Below, piece after piece: positions 55,724 through 64,000 of a stretch of DNA of 64,000 nucleotides. Origin of the DNA: Candidatus Omnitrophota bacterium (GTDB lineage Bacteria > Ratteibacteria > UBA8468 > B48-G9 > JAFGKM01); the NCBI GenBank assembly GCA_023819375.1, contig JAMWDI010000002.1, positions 181,896 to 245,895 on the forward strand, in the 5' to 3' direction. Position 1 is the stretch's first letter, and every line of letters starts with the position of its first letter. Under the pieces are notes generated by a model. The model was not told the origin of the DNA and ran no database searches. It saw only the letters and a program-made list of their open reading frames with translations. The translations under genes and the position numbers were made by a program.

Positions 55724-55795
55724 GGGGATATAGCTCAATGGGAGAGCGTCCGCCTTGCACGCGGAAGGTTGCCGGTTCAAGTCCGGCTATCTCCA
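55724..55795 (+). tRNA. tRNA-Ala (anticodon TGC)
   Basis: Acceptor stem GGGGATA with the G3:U70 identity pair, anticodon loop CTTGCAC, and a TTCAAGT T-loop. Confidence 0.85.
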
Positions 55796-55867
55796 CTTAA
55801 AAAGCCATTTCCTATTATTAATTTTCTAAGATTGACAATCCTTTTAATTTTTTTTAAAATTTCATAT

Positions 55868-56491
55868 ATGAAAAAAGTTGATGAATTAATAAAAAAACTT
55901 GAAAAACTATATCCTGAAGCAAAAACTGCTTTACATTTTGAAAATCCCTTCCAACTATTAATTGCAACAATCCTTTCTGCTCAAACAACTGATGAAAGAG
56001 TAAATAAAGTCACAAAAAAACTTTTTGAAAAATTTAAAACTCCACATGATTTTGCATCTGCTAATGTTAAAGAAATAATGAAATATATAAAATCTGTCAA
56101 CTTCTATAGAAATAAAGCAAAAAATATAAAAAAACTTTGTGAAATACTTACAAAAGAATACAATGGAAAAGTCCCTGATAAAATGGAAGAACTTTTAAAG
56201 TTACCAGGAGTAGCAAGAAAAACAGCAAATGTTGTTCTTTCACAAGGATTTAGAAAAAGTGAAGGTATTGTGGTTGATACACATGTAAAAAGAGTTTCTT
56301 ATAGACTTGGATTGACTAAAAATACTGATCCTGAAAAAGTGGAAAAAGATTTAATGAAAATTTTGCCAAAAGAAAAATGGATTGACTTCCCTTTTAGGCT
56401 AATTCTTTTTGGAAGAAACATATGTAAAGCAAAAAATCCTGATTGTGAAAATTGTCCATTTAACAAAATTTGTGTAAAAAAACCAAAATGA
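55868..56491 (+). CDS. nth: Endonuclease III (DNA glycosylase/AP lyase)
   Basis: Start at the ATG at 55868. HhH-GPD motif LPGVARKTANVV and C-terminal 4Fe-4S CxxxxxxCxxCxxxxxC (CKAKNPDCENCPFNKIC). Confidence 0.85.
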   Translation: MKKVDELIKKLEKLYPEAKTALHFENPFQLLIATILSAQTTDERVNKVTKKLFEKFKTPHDFASANVKEIMKYIKSVNFYRNKAKNIKKLCEILTKEYNGKVPDKMEELLKLPGVARKTANVVLSQGFRKSEGIVVDTHVKRVSYRLGLTKNTDPEKVEKDLMKILPKEKWIDFPFRLILFGRNICKAKNPDCENCPFNKICVKKPK

Positions 56492-57234
56492 ATTTGTTTA
56501 AAAAATTAGAAATAAGTTTTCTTATTTTTCTAATTTCAGGATGTACAATTTCAGTTGCAACTAAACCACAAAAAGAAATTTACACATACCATATTGTGAA
56601 AAAAGGTGAAAATTTATTTCGTATTTCAAAATATTATTATGAAGAAGAAAATGTTGAAAAAATTAAAGAAGGTGTTGAAAAAATTAAAAAGGCTAACAAT
56701 TTAAAAGATGAAAATATTTATGAAGGGCAAAAATTGTTAATACCTGACACTAAAAAAACACAACCATCATATGCACTTTTACCACCATCAGATCCAAAAA
56801 TAACACAGTTTTCAATTGAAGAAAAAAAAGATAAAAATATATCTATTATTAAAGAAAGTCCTTTTATATGGCCTGTTGAGGGTAAAATAATATGTAAGTT
56901 TGGCGAACTTGGAAATAAAGGTATAGATTTAATGGTTGAACCTGGTAGTTATGTCGTTTCTTCAGCAGATGGAGAAGTTGTTTTCTCTGGTAAAACAAAA
57001 AAATATGATGAAACAATAATTATAAAACACCCTTTCAATTTTTATACAGTTTATGCTCATGATATTGATATAAAAGTTAAAAATGGAGATAAAGTAAAAC
57101 AAGGAGATATAATTGCCCGTGTTAAATCTGGAACCCAAAAAAAAAGATATATACATTTTGAAATTATAAAAGAAAATACTTACATTAATCCTTTAGAATA
57201 TTTACCCCTTAAAAATGGAAAAACAGGATATTGA
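56488..57234 (+). CDS. LysM-domain lipoprotein with M23 family peptidase domain (NlpD-like)
   Basis: Lipobox LISGC. LysM sequence YHIVKKGENLFRIS. An M23 domain, with the HxH pattern at IIIKHPFNFYTVYAHD. Confidence 0.75.
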   Translation: MNLFKKLEISFLIFLISGCTISVATKPQKEIYTYHIVKKGENLFRISKYYYEEENVEKIKEGVEKIKKANNLKDENIYEGQKLLIPDTKKTQPSYALLPPSDPKITQFSIEEKKDKNISIIKESPFIWPVEGKIICKFGELGNKGIDLMVEPGSYVVSSADGEVVFSGKTKKYDETIIIKHPFNFYTVYAHDIDIKVKNGDKVKQGDIIARVKSGTQKKRYIHFEIIKENTYINPLEYLPLKNGKTGY

Positions 57235-58369
57235 AAAAAGAGAAGAAAGCATTTTAGAGAAATATGCAGTTTTCAGTTATAAAACTCTTGGAAGAAAATA
57301 TGAAGAAGAGGAACACTTTTTAAGAACCCCCTTTCAAAGGGATAGAGATAGAATTATTCATTCAACTGCCTTTAGACGCCTTGAATATAAAACACAGGTT
57401 TTTATATATCATGAAGGAGATTATTATAGAAATCGCTTAACACATACACTTGAAGTTCAACAAATAGCAAGAACTATTGCAAGAGAATTAAGAGTTAATG
57501 AGGACCTTGTTGAGGCAATTTCACTGGCTCATGATCTTGGACATACTCCTTTTGGACACAAAGGAGAAATGGTTTTAAATGAAATAATGAAATCCTTTGG
57601 TTTGCCTGGTTTTGAACATAACAGACAAGGATTGAGAATAGTTGATATTCTTGAAGAAAGATATCCTGATTTTCCTGGTTTAAATCTTACGTATGAAGTT
57701 AGAGAAGGAATAATAAGACATACAACAAGTTATGATATCCCACTAATTGAAAAAGAATATGAAGAATTTACAAAATATAAATCCCCAACACTTGAAGCCC
57801 AAATAGTTAATGTTGCAGATGAAATAGCATATACCTGCCACGATTTAGATGATGGAATTAAATCTGGAATAATTAACTATGAAGAATTAAGGGATGTAAG
57901 ATTATGGAAAGAAATAGAAGAAATAAGTGAGATTGAGAAAAAACCAAAAAGACACATACGCCATATCATGATAAGAAATTTAATTAATTATCTTGTCCTT
58001 GACCTTATAAAAGAAACTAAAAAGAATTTAAATCAATTGAAACCAAAATCTGTAGAAGAAGTTAGAAATTTAGATATAATTGTTAAAAACTCAGAAGATG
58101 TGAAAATGAAACATATAGAATTAAGAAAATTTTTAGAAGAAAAAATGTATGCACACACAAAAGTAATAAGAATGACAGAAAAAGGGGGAAGAATTATAAA
58201 AGAACTTTTTTATGCTTATTATAATGAGCCAAGGCAATTACCTTTACATATTCAAGCAAAAATGAAAAAAGAACCAAAAGAAATTGTTGTGTGTGATTAC
58301 ATTGCAGGAATGACAGATAGATTTGCTATAAGTGAATATCAAAAACTTTTTGATCCTGCAACTTTTTAA
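57215..58369 (+). CDS. dgt: dGTP triphosphohydrolase-like HD-domain protein
   Basis: HD motif RLTHTLEV...AHDLGHTPFGH and overall Dgt-like family. 384 aa. Confidence 0.8.
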   Translation: MEKQDIEKREESILEKYAVFSYKTLGRKYEEEEHFLRTPFQRDRDRIIHSTAFRRLEYKTQVFIYHEGDYYRNRLTHTLEVQQIARTIARELRVNEDLVEAISLAHDLGHTPFGHKGEMVLNEIMKSFGLPGFEHNRQGLRIVDILEERYPDFPGLNLTYEVREGIIRHTTSYDIPLIEKEYEEFTKYKSPTLEAQIVNVADEIAYTCHDLDDGIKSGIINYEELRDVRLWKEIEEISEIEKKPKRHIRHIMIRNLINYLVLDLIKETKKNLNQLKPKSVEEVRNLDIIVKNSEDVKMKHIELRKFLEEKMYAHTKVIRMTEKGGRIIKELFYAYYNEPRQLPLHIQAKMKKEPKEIVVCDYIAGMTDRFAISEYQKLFDPATF

Positions 58370-58371
58370 AA

Positions 58372-59436
58372 ATGAATGAAAATATATACTGGATTGCTTT
58401 AAGTCTTATAGGTATTTCCCCTTTAAAAGTGAAAATGTTAATGGAGAGATTTAAAGATATAAAGGAAATTTTTTCACTTTCTGTAAATGATTTAGTTCAA
58501 CTGGGAATAACTGAAAAAATAGCAGAAAAGATATCAAAGTGGGAAAATTTACCTTTAGAAAAAGAAATAGATTATATTGAAAAAGAAGGTATAAATGTTA
58601 TTACAATTAAAGATAAGAATTACCCTGATTTATTAAAAGAAATTTATGATCCCCCCTTCTTACTTTATGTAAAGGGAAATTTGAATTTCAATGAATTTTC
58701 TATAAGCATAGTTGGGACAAGAAATCCTTCTCATTATGGACTTAAAATGGCTGAAAAGTTTGCTTCAGAACTTGCCTCTATAGGTTTTACAATTGTCAGT
58801 GGACTTGCACGAGGAATAGACACCTCTGCTCATATAGGAGCATTGAGAGTCAATGGAGTAACAGTTGGTGTTCTTGGTTCAGGTTTTAACTATTTTTATC
58901 CACCCGAAAATAAGAGAATTGAAAAAGAAATTATAAAAAAGGGAGCGATAATAACTGAATTTCCCTCTTTGGTTCCTCCTGAAAAATATAATTTTCCTAA
59001 AAGAAACAGGATTATTTCGGGTCTTTCAAAAGCAACAATTGTAATTGAAGCAGGTCCAAAAAGTGGAGCCCTTATTACAGCAAATTTTGCTCTGGAACAA
59101 GGTAGAGAAGTATTTGCTCTTCCAGGAAGAATAGACACAGTTTACTCTAAAGGAACACATAAACTTTTAAAAGATGGAGCAATTTTAATTGAAAATGTCC
59201 AGGATATACTGGAAGCATTGAATATCAAAGTTGAAAAAAAAGAAAAACATATGGAACTTGAAGCAAATGAAGAGAATATAATTTTAAAAATTTTAGATAG
59301 ACCATTACATATTGAAGAGATAATGGTAAAAACAAAAATTAAACCTGAAAATTTATTTTCTATTCTCACAAAACTTCAAATAGAAGATAAAATTGAAGAA
59401 TTACCGGGAAAGATATATAGAAAAAAGAATTTTTGA
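58372..59436 (+). CDS. dprA: DNA processing protein DprA (Smf)
   Basis: Rossmann-like DprA core IVGTRNPSHYG...SGLARGIDTSAH, with a C-terminal winged-helix-like extension. Confidence 0.85.
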   Translation: MNENIYWIALSLIGISPLKVKMLMERFKDIKEIFSLSVNDLVQLGITEKIAEKISKWENLPLEKEIDYIEKEGINVITIKDKNYPDLLKEIYDPPFLLYVKGNLNFNEFSISIVGTRNPSHYGLKMAEKFASELASIGFTIVSGLARGIDTSAHIGALRVNGVTVGVLGSGFNYFYPPENKRIEKEIIKKGAIITEFPSLVPPEKYNFPKRNRIISGLSKATIVIEAGPKSGALITANFALEQGREVFALPGRIDTVYSKGTHKLLKDGAILIENVQDILEALNIKVEKKEKHMELEANEENIILKILDRPLHIEEIMVKTKIKPENLFSILTKLQIEDKIEELPGKIYRKKNF

Positions 59437-59485
59437 TTTTTTTTAAAAATTGTATAATAAAAAATTATAAAAATAAGGGGCAAAT

Positions 59486-60631
59486 ATGAAATGGAGTAAA
59501 TATTTTATTCCGACACAAAAAGAAGATCCAAAAGAAGCAGAAACAATAAGTCATAAACTTCTTATAAGAGCGGGAATGATTGATAAACTTGCATCAGGTG
59601 TTTATACTTATCTTCCTCTTGGATTAAGAGTTTTAAAAAAAGTAGAAAATATTGTTAGAGAAGAGATGAATAAAGCAGGATGTATTGAACTACTGATGCC
59701 TTCTCTGCAACCTGCAAATCTATGGAAGGAAACTGGAAGATTTGAAAAAATGGGGAAAGATATGATTACTTTTATTGATAGACATAATAGAGAAATGATT
59801 TTTGGACCAACACATGAAGAAGTTATAACAGATATAGTAAGAAGATATATAAGATCATGGAAACAGTTGCCGATAATACTATATCAAATACAAACAAAAT
59901 TCAGAGATGAAATAAGACCAAGATTTGCAATAATAAGAGCAAGAGAATTTTTAATGAAAGATGCATATAGTTTTGACGTAGATGAAAGGGGTCTTGACAA
60001 TTCTTATAATCTTATGAAAGAAACTTATAAAAAAATTTTTGAAAGATGTGGTTTAAAATTTACAACAAGAGAGGCTGACAGTGGTGTAATCGGTGGGAAA
60101 TTTTCAGAAGAATTTGTTGCTGATGGGGAATGTAGTGAACTTGAAGTAGGTCATATATTTAAACTTGGTATTGAATACAGTCTATCAATGAGGGCTTTTT
60201 TTGTTGACAAAGATGGAAAAGAGAAACCTATTTATATGGGCTGTTATGGTATAGGTGTAAGTAGAATAGTTGCTGCAATTATTGAGGGAAATTATGACAA
60301 GGATGGAATTATCTGGCCTATTTCTGTTGCTCCTTTTCTGGTTGACATTATTCCAACAAATTTATCTGAACTGGATATTGTAAATATATGCGAGAAAATA
60401 TACAAAGATTTAGTTGAAAACGAAATTGAAGTTATCTTTGATGACAGGAATGAAAGTGCAGGATTTAAATTTAAAGATGCCGATCTCTGTGGTTTCCCTT
60501 TGCAAGTAATAGTGGGCAAAAAATTGAGAGATGGAAAAGTTGAGGTCAAGATAAGGAAGAATAACGAAATTAAAGAAATTTCTGTTGAAAAAGTTGTTGA
60601 TTATGTAAAAAATTATATAAAGGAGAATTAA
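59486..60631 (+). CDS. proS: Prolyl-tRNA synthetase, bacterial-type catalytic core lacking the INS editing domain
   Basis: The N-terminus KYFIPTQKEDPKEAETISHKLLIRAGMI is the ProRS start. Motif 2 (FRDEIRPRF...REFLMKDAYSF) runs almost directly into motif 3 (GCYGIGVSRIVAAIIE), followed by the anticodon-binding domain. Only 381 aa. Confidence 0.8.
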   Translation: MKWSKYFIPTQKEDPKEAETISHKLLIRAGMIDKLASGVYTYLPLGLRVLKKVENIVREEMNKAGCIELLMPSLQPANLWKETGRFEKMGKDMITFIDRHNREMIFGPTHEEVITDIVRRYIRSWKQLPIILYQIQTKFRDEIRPRFAIIRAREFLMKDAYSFDVDERGLDNSYNLMKETYKKIFERCGLKFTTREADSGVIGGKFSEEFVADGECSELEVGHIFKLGIEYSLSMRAFFVDKDGKEKPIYMGCYGIGVSRIVAAIIEGNYDKDGIIWPISVAPFLVDIIPTNLSELDIVNICEKIYKDLVENEIEVIFDDRNESAGFKFKDADLCGFPLQVIVGKKLRDGKVEVKIRKNNEIKEISVEKVVDYVKNYIKEN

Positions 60632-60634
60632 AAA

Positions 60635-60982
60635 ATGAGAATTGTTGCAAGATGTAAAATTAAAGGTGGTAAAGTAACTGATAAAAATTTATATTATGAA
60701 GGAAGTATTACAATTGATAAAAAAATTATAAAAGAAGCAGATATTATTCCAGGAGAAATGGTTTATGTTTTAAATTTAAATAATGGAGCAAGAATTTTTA
60801 CATATGTTATTGAAGGCCAAGAAAATTCAGGCATTATTTGCTTAAATGGTCCATCTGCAAGATTTTTTGAAATTGGAGATGAAGTGATAATTCTTGGGAT
60901 TTCGTTTTTAGAGGAAGAAGAACTAAAAAATTTTAAAATGAGAATAATTGAACTTGGAGAAGGGAATAAAGTTAAAAAATAA
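60635..60982 (+). CDS. panD: Aspartate 1-decarboxylase (pyruvoyl-dependent)
   Basis: The GS self-cleavage site in YEGSITID, and PanD-like length and sequence. Confidence 0.9.
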   Translation: MRIVARCKIKGGKVTDKNLYYEGSITIDKKIIKEADIIPGEMVYVLNLNNGARIFTYVIEGQENSGIICLNGPSARFFEIGDEVIILGISFLEEEELKNFKMRIIELGEGNKVKK

Positions 60983-62408
60983 TTTTATTTTATATCTTTT
61001 TATCGCTTTTTTATCTTCTGTTTTGTTATATTTTTCTTATCCACCTTATGGTTTGTGGTATTTTGCTTTTTTTGCTTTTATCCCCCTACTTTTAATTTCA
61101 GAAAAAAGAGCATTTTTGGGTTTTTTTGCAGGTTTTCTTTCTGGATTTTTCTTTTTTTCTATTTCTTTATATTTTCTCAAATATGTTGCTGGTTTTATCT
61201 ACTTACTTCTTGCTTTATATCTTGCCCTTTACTGGGGAATTTTTTTCTCTCTAATTTTTTCTTTTGATAAAAAAAAGATAATATTTCTTGGTGGATGTAT
61301 TTATTTTTTTCTTGAAATAATAATGGCAAATTTTCTTACAGGTTTTCCTTGGCTTCCTCTTGGGTTAACTCAATATAATAATTTTCATATTTTAAAAATC
61401 GCAAAATTTACTGGAATTTTTGGGTTATCCTTTATTTTAATCACTTTCAACCTTTTTTTATATACATTGATAAAGAGAATCTTCTCTTTTCAACAAATAT
61501 TTTTTATTTTCTTTTTATTAACTTTATTTTTCTTAACAAAAATCCCTGAAAGAAAAATTTTAAAGGGAAAGTTAAACATTTTGCTTTTACAACCCAATTT
61601 TATACCTGAAAAAATTACCTCTTACGAAAATAAGGAAAAAATTCTATCCCTTTTAAAAAAATATGTTTCTTATAAAAAAGTTGATATTGTAATTTTACCA
61701 GAAGGGGTTTTTGAAGGAAATATATTAAAAGAAAAAGAATTTCTTGAAGAATTAAAAAATTTTTCTAAATTTAAAAAGTGTGCCATTTTAATTGGAAGTT
61801 TTACTGGAGATGACGAAAATTTATACAATTCAAGTATTTTTATAAATGGTGACAAAATAGAAATTTATAATAAAATCCGTCTTGTTCCATATGGTGAATT
61901 TATACTTGGTGGAAAATTTAAAGTTATTAAAAATTTATATGTTAAAATAGCAGGATATGAACCTTATCTTAAAAGCGGGAAGGAATATAAAATTTTTGAA
62001 TATAAAGGAATAAAATTTTCAACACCTATTTGTTATGAGAATATTTTTCCAAATTTGATAGAAAATTTTTTAAATCATGGAAGCGATTTTTTTGTTGTAA
62101 TAACTAACGATTCTTGGTTTCAAAATTCAATAGGCCCTTATCAACATTTTTATCATAATATTTTCAGAAGTGTAGAAACAGGAAGATATTTCTTACAGGC
62201 AGGGCTCACAGGTATCACTGGTATAGTTAAGCCAGAAGGGAAAATAGAAAAGATATTAGAGAAAAATGGAAAAAAATTATTTTTTGAGGGTAACTTATTT
62301 CATTCTTTGAATGTCTATATATACAAAACATTTTATTCAAATTTTGGTATTTACCCTTTTTCTCTTTTTACTATAATTTTAACAGGAGTTTTATTATGCA
62401 AAAATTAG
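60948..62408 (+). CDS. lnt: Apolipoprotein N-acyltransferase
   Basis: A multi-TM N-terminal half and C-terminal CN-hydrolase domain (VDIVILPEG ... ICYENIFP). Confidence 0.8.
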   Translation: MNLEKGIKLKNNFILYLFIAFLSSVLLYFSYPPYGLWYFAFFAFIPLLLISEKRAFLGFFAGFLSGFFFFSISLYFLKYVAGFIYLLLALYLALYWGIFFSLIFSFDKKKIIFLGGCIYFFLEIIMANFLTGFPWLPLGLTQYNNFHILKIAKFTGIFGLSFILITFNLFLYTLIKRIFSFQQIFFIFFLLTLFFLTKIPERKILKGKLNILLLQPNFIPEKITSYENKEKILSLLKKYVSYKKVDIVILPEGVFEGNILKEKEFLEELKNFSKFKKCAILIGSFTGDDENLYNSSIFINGDKIEIYNKIRLVPYGEFILGGKFKVIKNLYVKIAGYEPYLKSGKEYKIFEYKGIKFSTPICYENIFPNLIENFLNHGSDFFVVITNDSWFQNSIGPYQHFYHNIFRSVETGRYFLQAGLTGITGIVKPEGKIEKILEKNGKKLFFEGNLFHSLNVYIYKTFYSNFGIYPFSLFTIILTGVLLCKN

Positions 62409-63031
62409 AAAAATTGATAAAGTATAGTTTCAAAAACAAAAAATTACTTGAAAAAGCATTAACACATCCTTCTTTTTCTCAAAAGGATTCTTATGAAAGA
62501 CTTGAATTTCTTGGAGATCTAATTCTTGATGTTATTGTTGGCATTTATCTTTATAAAAAATATAAAAATGAAGATGTAGAATTCCTGACAAATTTGAAAT
62601 CAGCATATGTAAACAAAAGGTATTTAAAAAAAATAGCAGATAAAATTGGATTGATTAAATTTTCAAAATATAAAGGAGGAATTATTCAAAGAACTGATAA
62701 GTTTCTGGAAGCCTTGATTGGAGCAATATATTTAGATAGTGGATGGAAAAATGTTGAGAAATTTATAAAAAAATTCATTCTTAATGAAGAACTAGAGCCA
62801 TTAAAGGACTATAAAAATTTAATTTTTGATTATGCAATAAAAACTGGAAAAAATCCTCCTGAATATAAGATATCAAAAATAGAAGGACCTCCTCATAAGA
62901 GAAAGTTTGAAGTTAAAGTCAAAATAAAGGGAATAAGAAAGATAGGTAAAGGGATAGGACAAAGTATTAAGGAAGCAGAAATAGAAGCAGCAAAATCCCT
63001 TTATAAAAAAATTTTTGAAATGAAAAATTAA
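62396..63031 (+). CDS. rnc: Ribonuclease III
   Basis: RNase III signature ERLEFLGDLILD. C-terminal dsRBD with GKGIGQSIKEAEIEAAKSL. Confidence 0.9.
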   Translation: MQKLEKLIKYSFKNKKLLEKALTHPSFSQKDSYERLEFLGDLILDVIVGIYLYKKYKNEDVEFLTNLKSAYVNKRYLKKIADKIGLIKFSKYKGGIIQRTDKFLEALIGAIYLDSGWKNVEKFIKKFILNEELEPLKDYKNLIFDYAIKTGKNPPEYKISKIEGPPHKRKFEVKVKIKGIRKIGKGIGQSIKEAEIEAAKSLYKKIFEMKN

Positions 63032-63052
63032 AAATTATATAATGAAAAAAGC

Positions 63053-64000
63053 ATGAATTTAAAAAAATTGGGATTTTTATTTTTCTTTTTAATTCTAAAT
63101 TCAGGATACCCTCAAAATGATATACCACTTTCTGTTCAGGAAAAAGTTTTAAAAGTAATCTCAAAAATTACTCCTTCACTTGTAAGAATTTATGCAATTT
63201 TACCAAATTTCTTTCAAGGAAGAGAGAATAAAGTAGAAGTTTCTGGAAGTGGAACTGTTATAACAGAAGATGGTTTTGTTATAACAAACTATCATGTGGC
63301 TGGAAATGCAAGATTTGTTAGATGTAAATTTTTAAATGGAGAAGAATATGATGGATATTATTATGCTGGAGATCCATTAACAGATATAGCGATTATTAAA
63401 ATTAAAGGCAAAAGAAAAAAGTTTACTTCTCTTAAATTTGGCGACTCTTCAAAATTAAAACTTGGAGAATGGGTAATTGCTGCTGGAAGTCCTTATGGTG
63501 TTTCTCCTTCTATAACTATTGGTGTTATAAGTAATCTTTCTGTTGTAATCCCAGACTTATGGGGTCCTTTTTATAAATTTAAAATTGATGGAGAAAATGT
63601 TGGAAGTCATGTTTGCTGGATTGCTCATGATGCTCCGATTTATTCTGGAAATTCAGGAGGACCACTTTTAAATTTGAATGGAGAAATAATCGGAATAAAT
63701 GAAATTAAATTAGGACTTTCGGGAGCAATTCCGGGAAACCTTGCTAAAAAGGTGGCATTAGAGTTGATAAAAAATAAGAAAGTTAAAAGGGCATGGTTTG
63801 GAATAGAAATACAACCATTATTGAAATCTTTAGATATCAAAAATGGTGTTCTTATTTCAAATGTAATAAAGGATTCACCCGCTTACAAAGCAGGTTTAAA
63901 ACAAGGAGACATAATTCTTGAAATAGAAAACAAAAAAGTTAATGTTGAAAAACCTGAAGATATTCCAATTTTTAATCAGTTCATTTCAGAATTACCAATA
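63053..64000 (+). CDS. HtrA/DegP-family serine protease (trypsin-like plus PDZ); 3' end beyond the window
   Basis: Hand-translated open frame from the ATG at 63053 to the window end. Signal peptide, catalytic His context (ITNYHVAG), and catalytic Ser motif GNSGGPL. A PDZ domain is beginning at the window end. Confidence 0.75.
   Translation, partial: MNLKKLGFLFFFLILNSGYPQNDIPLSVQEKVLKVISKITPSLVRIYAILPNFFQGRENKVEVSGSGTVITEDGFVITNYHVAGNARFVRCKFLNGEEYDGYYYAGDPLTDIAIIKIKGKRKKFTSLKFGDSSKLKLGEWVIAAGSPYGVSPSITIGVISNLSVVIPDLWGPFYKFKIDGENVGSHVCWIAHDAPIYSGNSGGPLLNLNGEIIGINEIKLGLSGAIPGNLAKKVALELIKNKKVKRAWFGIEIQPLLKSLDIKNGVLISNVIKDSPAYKAGLKQGDIILEIENKKVNVEKPEDIPIFNQFISELPI

Noticed and set aside
59437-59485. 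T-box or attenuator leaders upstream of aaRS genes (proS, hisS-aspS, leuS)
   Set aside because: The intergenic regions are too short (0-100 nt) and lack specifier or antiterminator-like structure. leuS even overlaps nfo.
1-64000. CRISPR array or cas genes
   Set aside because: No regularly spaced direct repeats of 25-40 nt and no Cas-like proteins were seen anywhere in the window.

Overview
This is a very AT-rich (about 30% GC by eye) bacterial chromosomal segment, densely coded with a strong minus-strand bias. A prepilin-type N-terminal domain with a DUF1559-like body hints at a PVC/Omnitrophota-like uncultivated lineage; that is inference only. Most of the window is housekeeping, based on motif recognition: trpA tail, hom, nfo-leuS, fumarate hydratase class I, recO, phoH-ybeY-dgkA, aspS-hisS, rpsO-pnp, ispG-rseP-dxr-uppS, lptB, ruvCAB-yebC, an EF-G paralog, mnmA, wzz/wza, nth, dgt, dprA, a short proS, panD, lnt, rnc and an htrA start. 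RNA genes are tRNA-Pro(CGG) and tRNA-Arg (anticodon reads GCG) in tandem, tRNA-Glu(TTC), tRNA-Ala(TGC), and a stand-alone 5S rRNA. Four perfect TTGACA-N16/18-TATAAT promoters sit upstream of rpsO, tRNA-Glu, tRNA-Ala and the 5S gene. The accessory-looking stretch is roughly 24.0-35.3 kb. It starts 11 nt downstream of tRNA-Glu with three translationally coupled genes: a LOG/TIGR00725-family Rossmann protein, a gamma-class NPPY N6-adenine methyltransferase and an uncharacterised 267-aa protein. I consider this a candidate novel LOG-associated restriction-modification or defence module. After it come PadR with a DUF5320 partner, a znuACB-like operon, a DUF1559 pseudopilin, a decayed SPFH/stomatin pseudogene, a serine hydrolase, and a roughly 2-kb block (ECF sigma/anti-sigma plus small secreted proteins) bracketed by a duplicated copy of the 3' end of a MrfA-like helicase gene. 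No CRISPR array, integrase or transposase was recognised.
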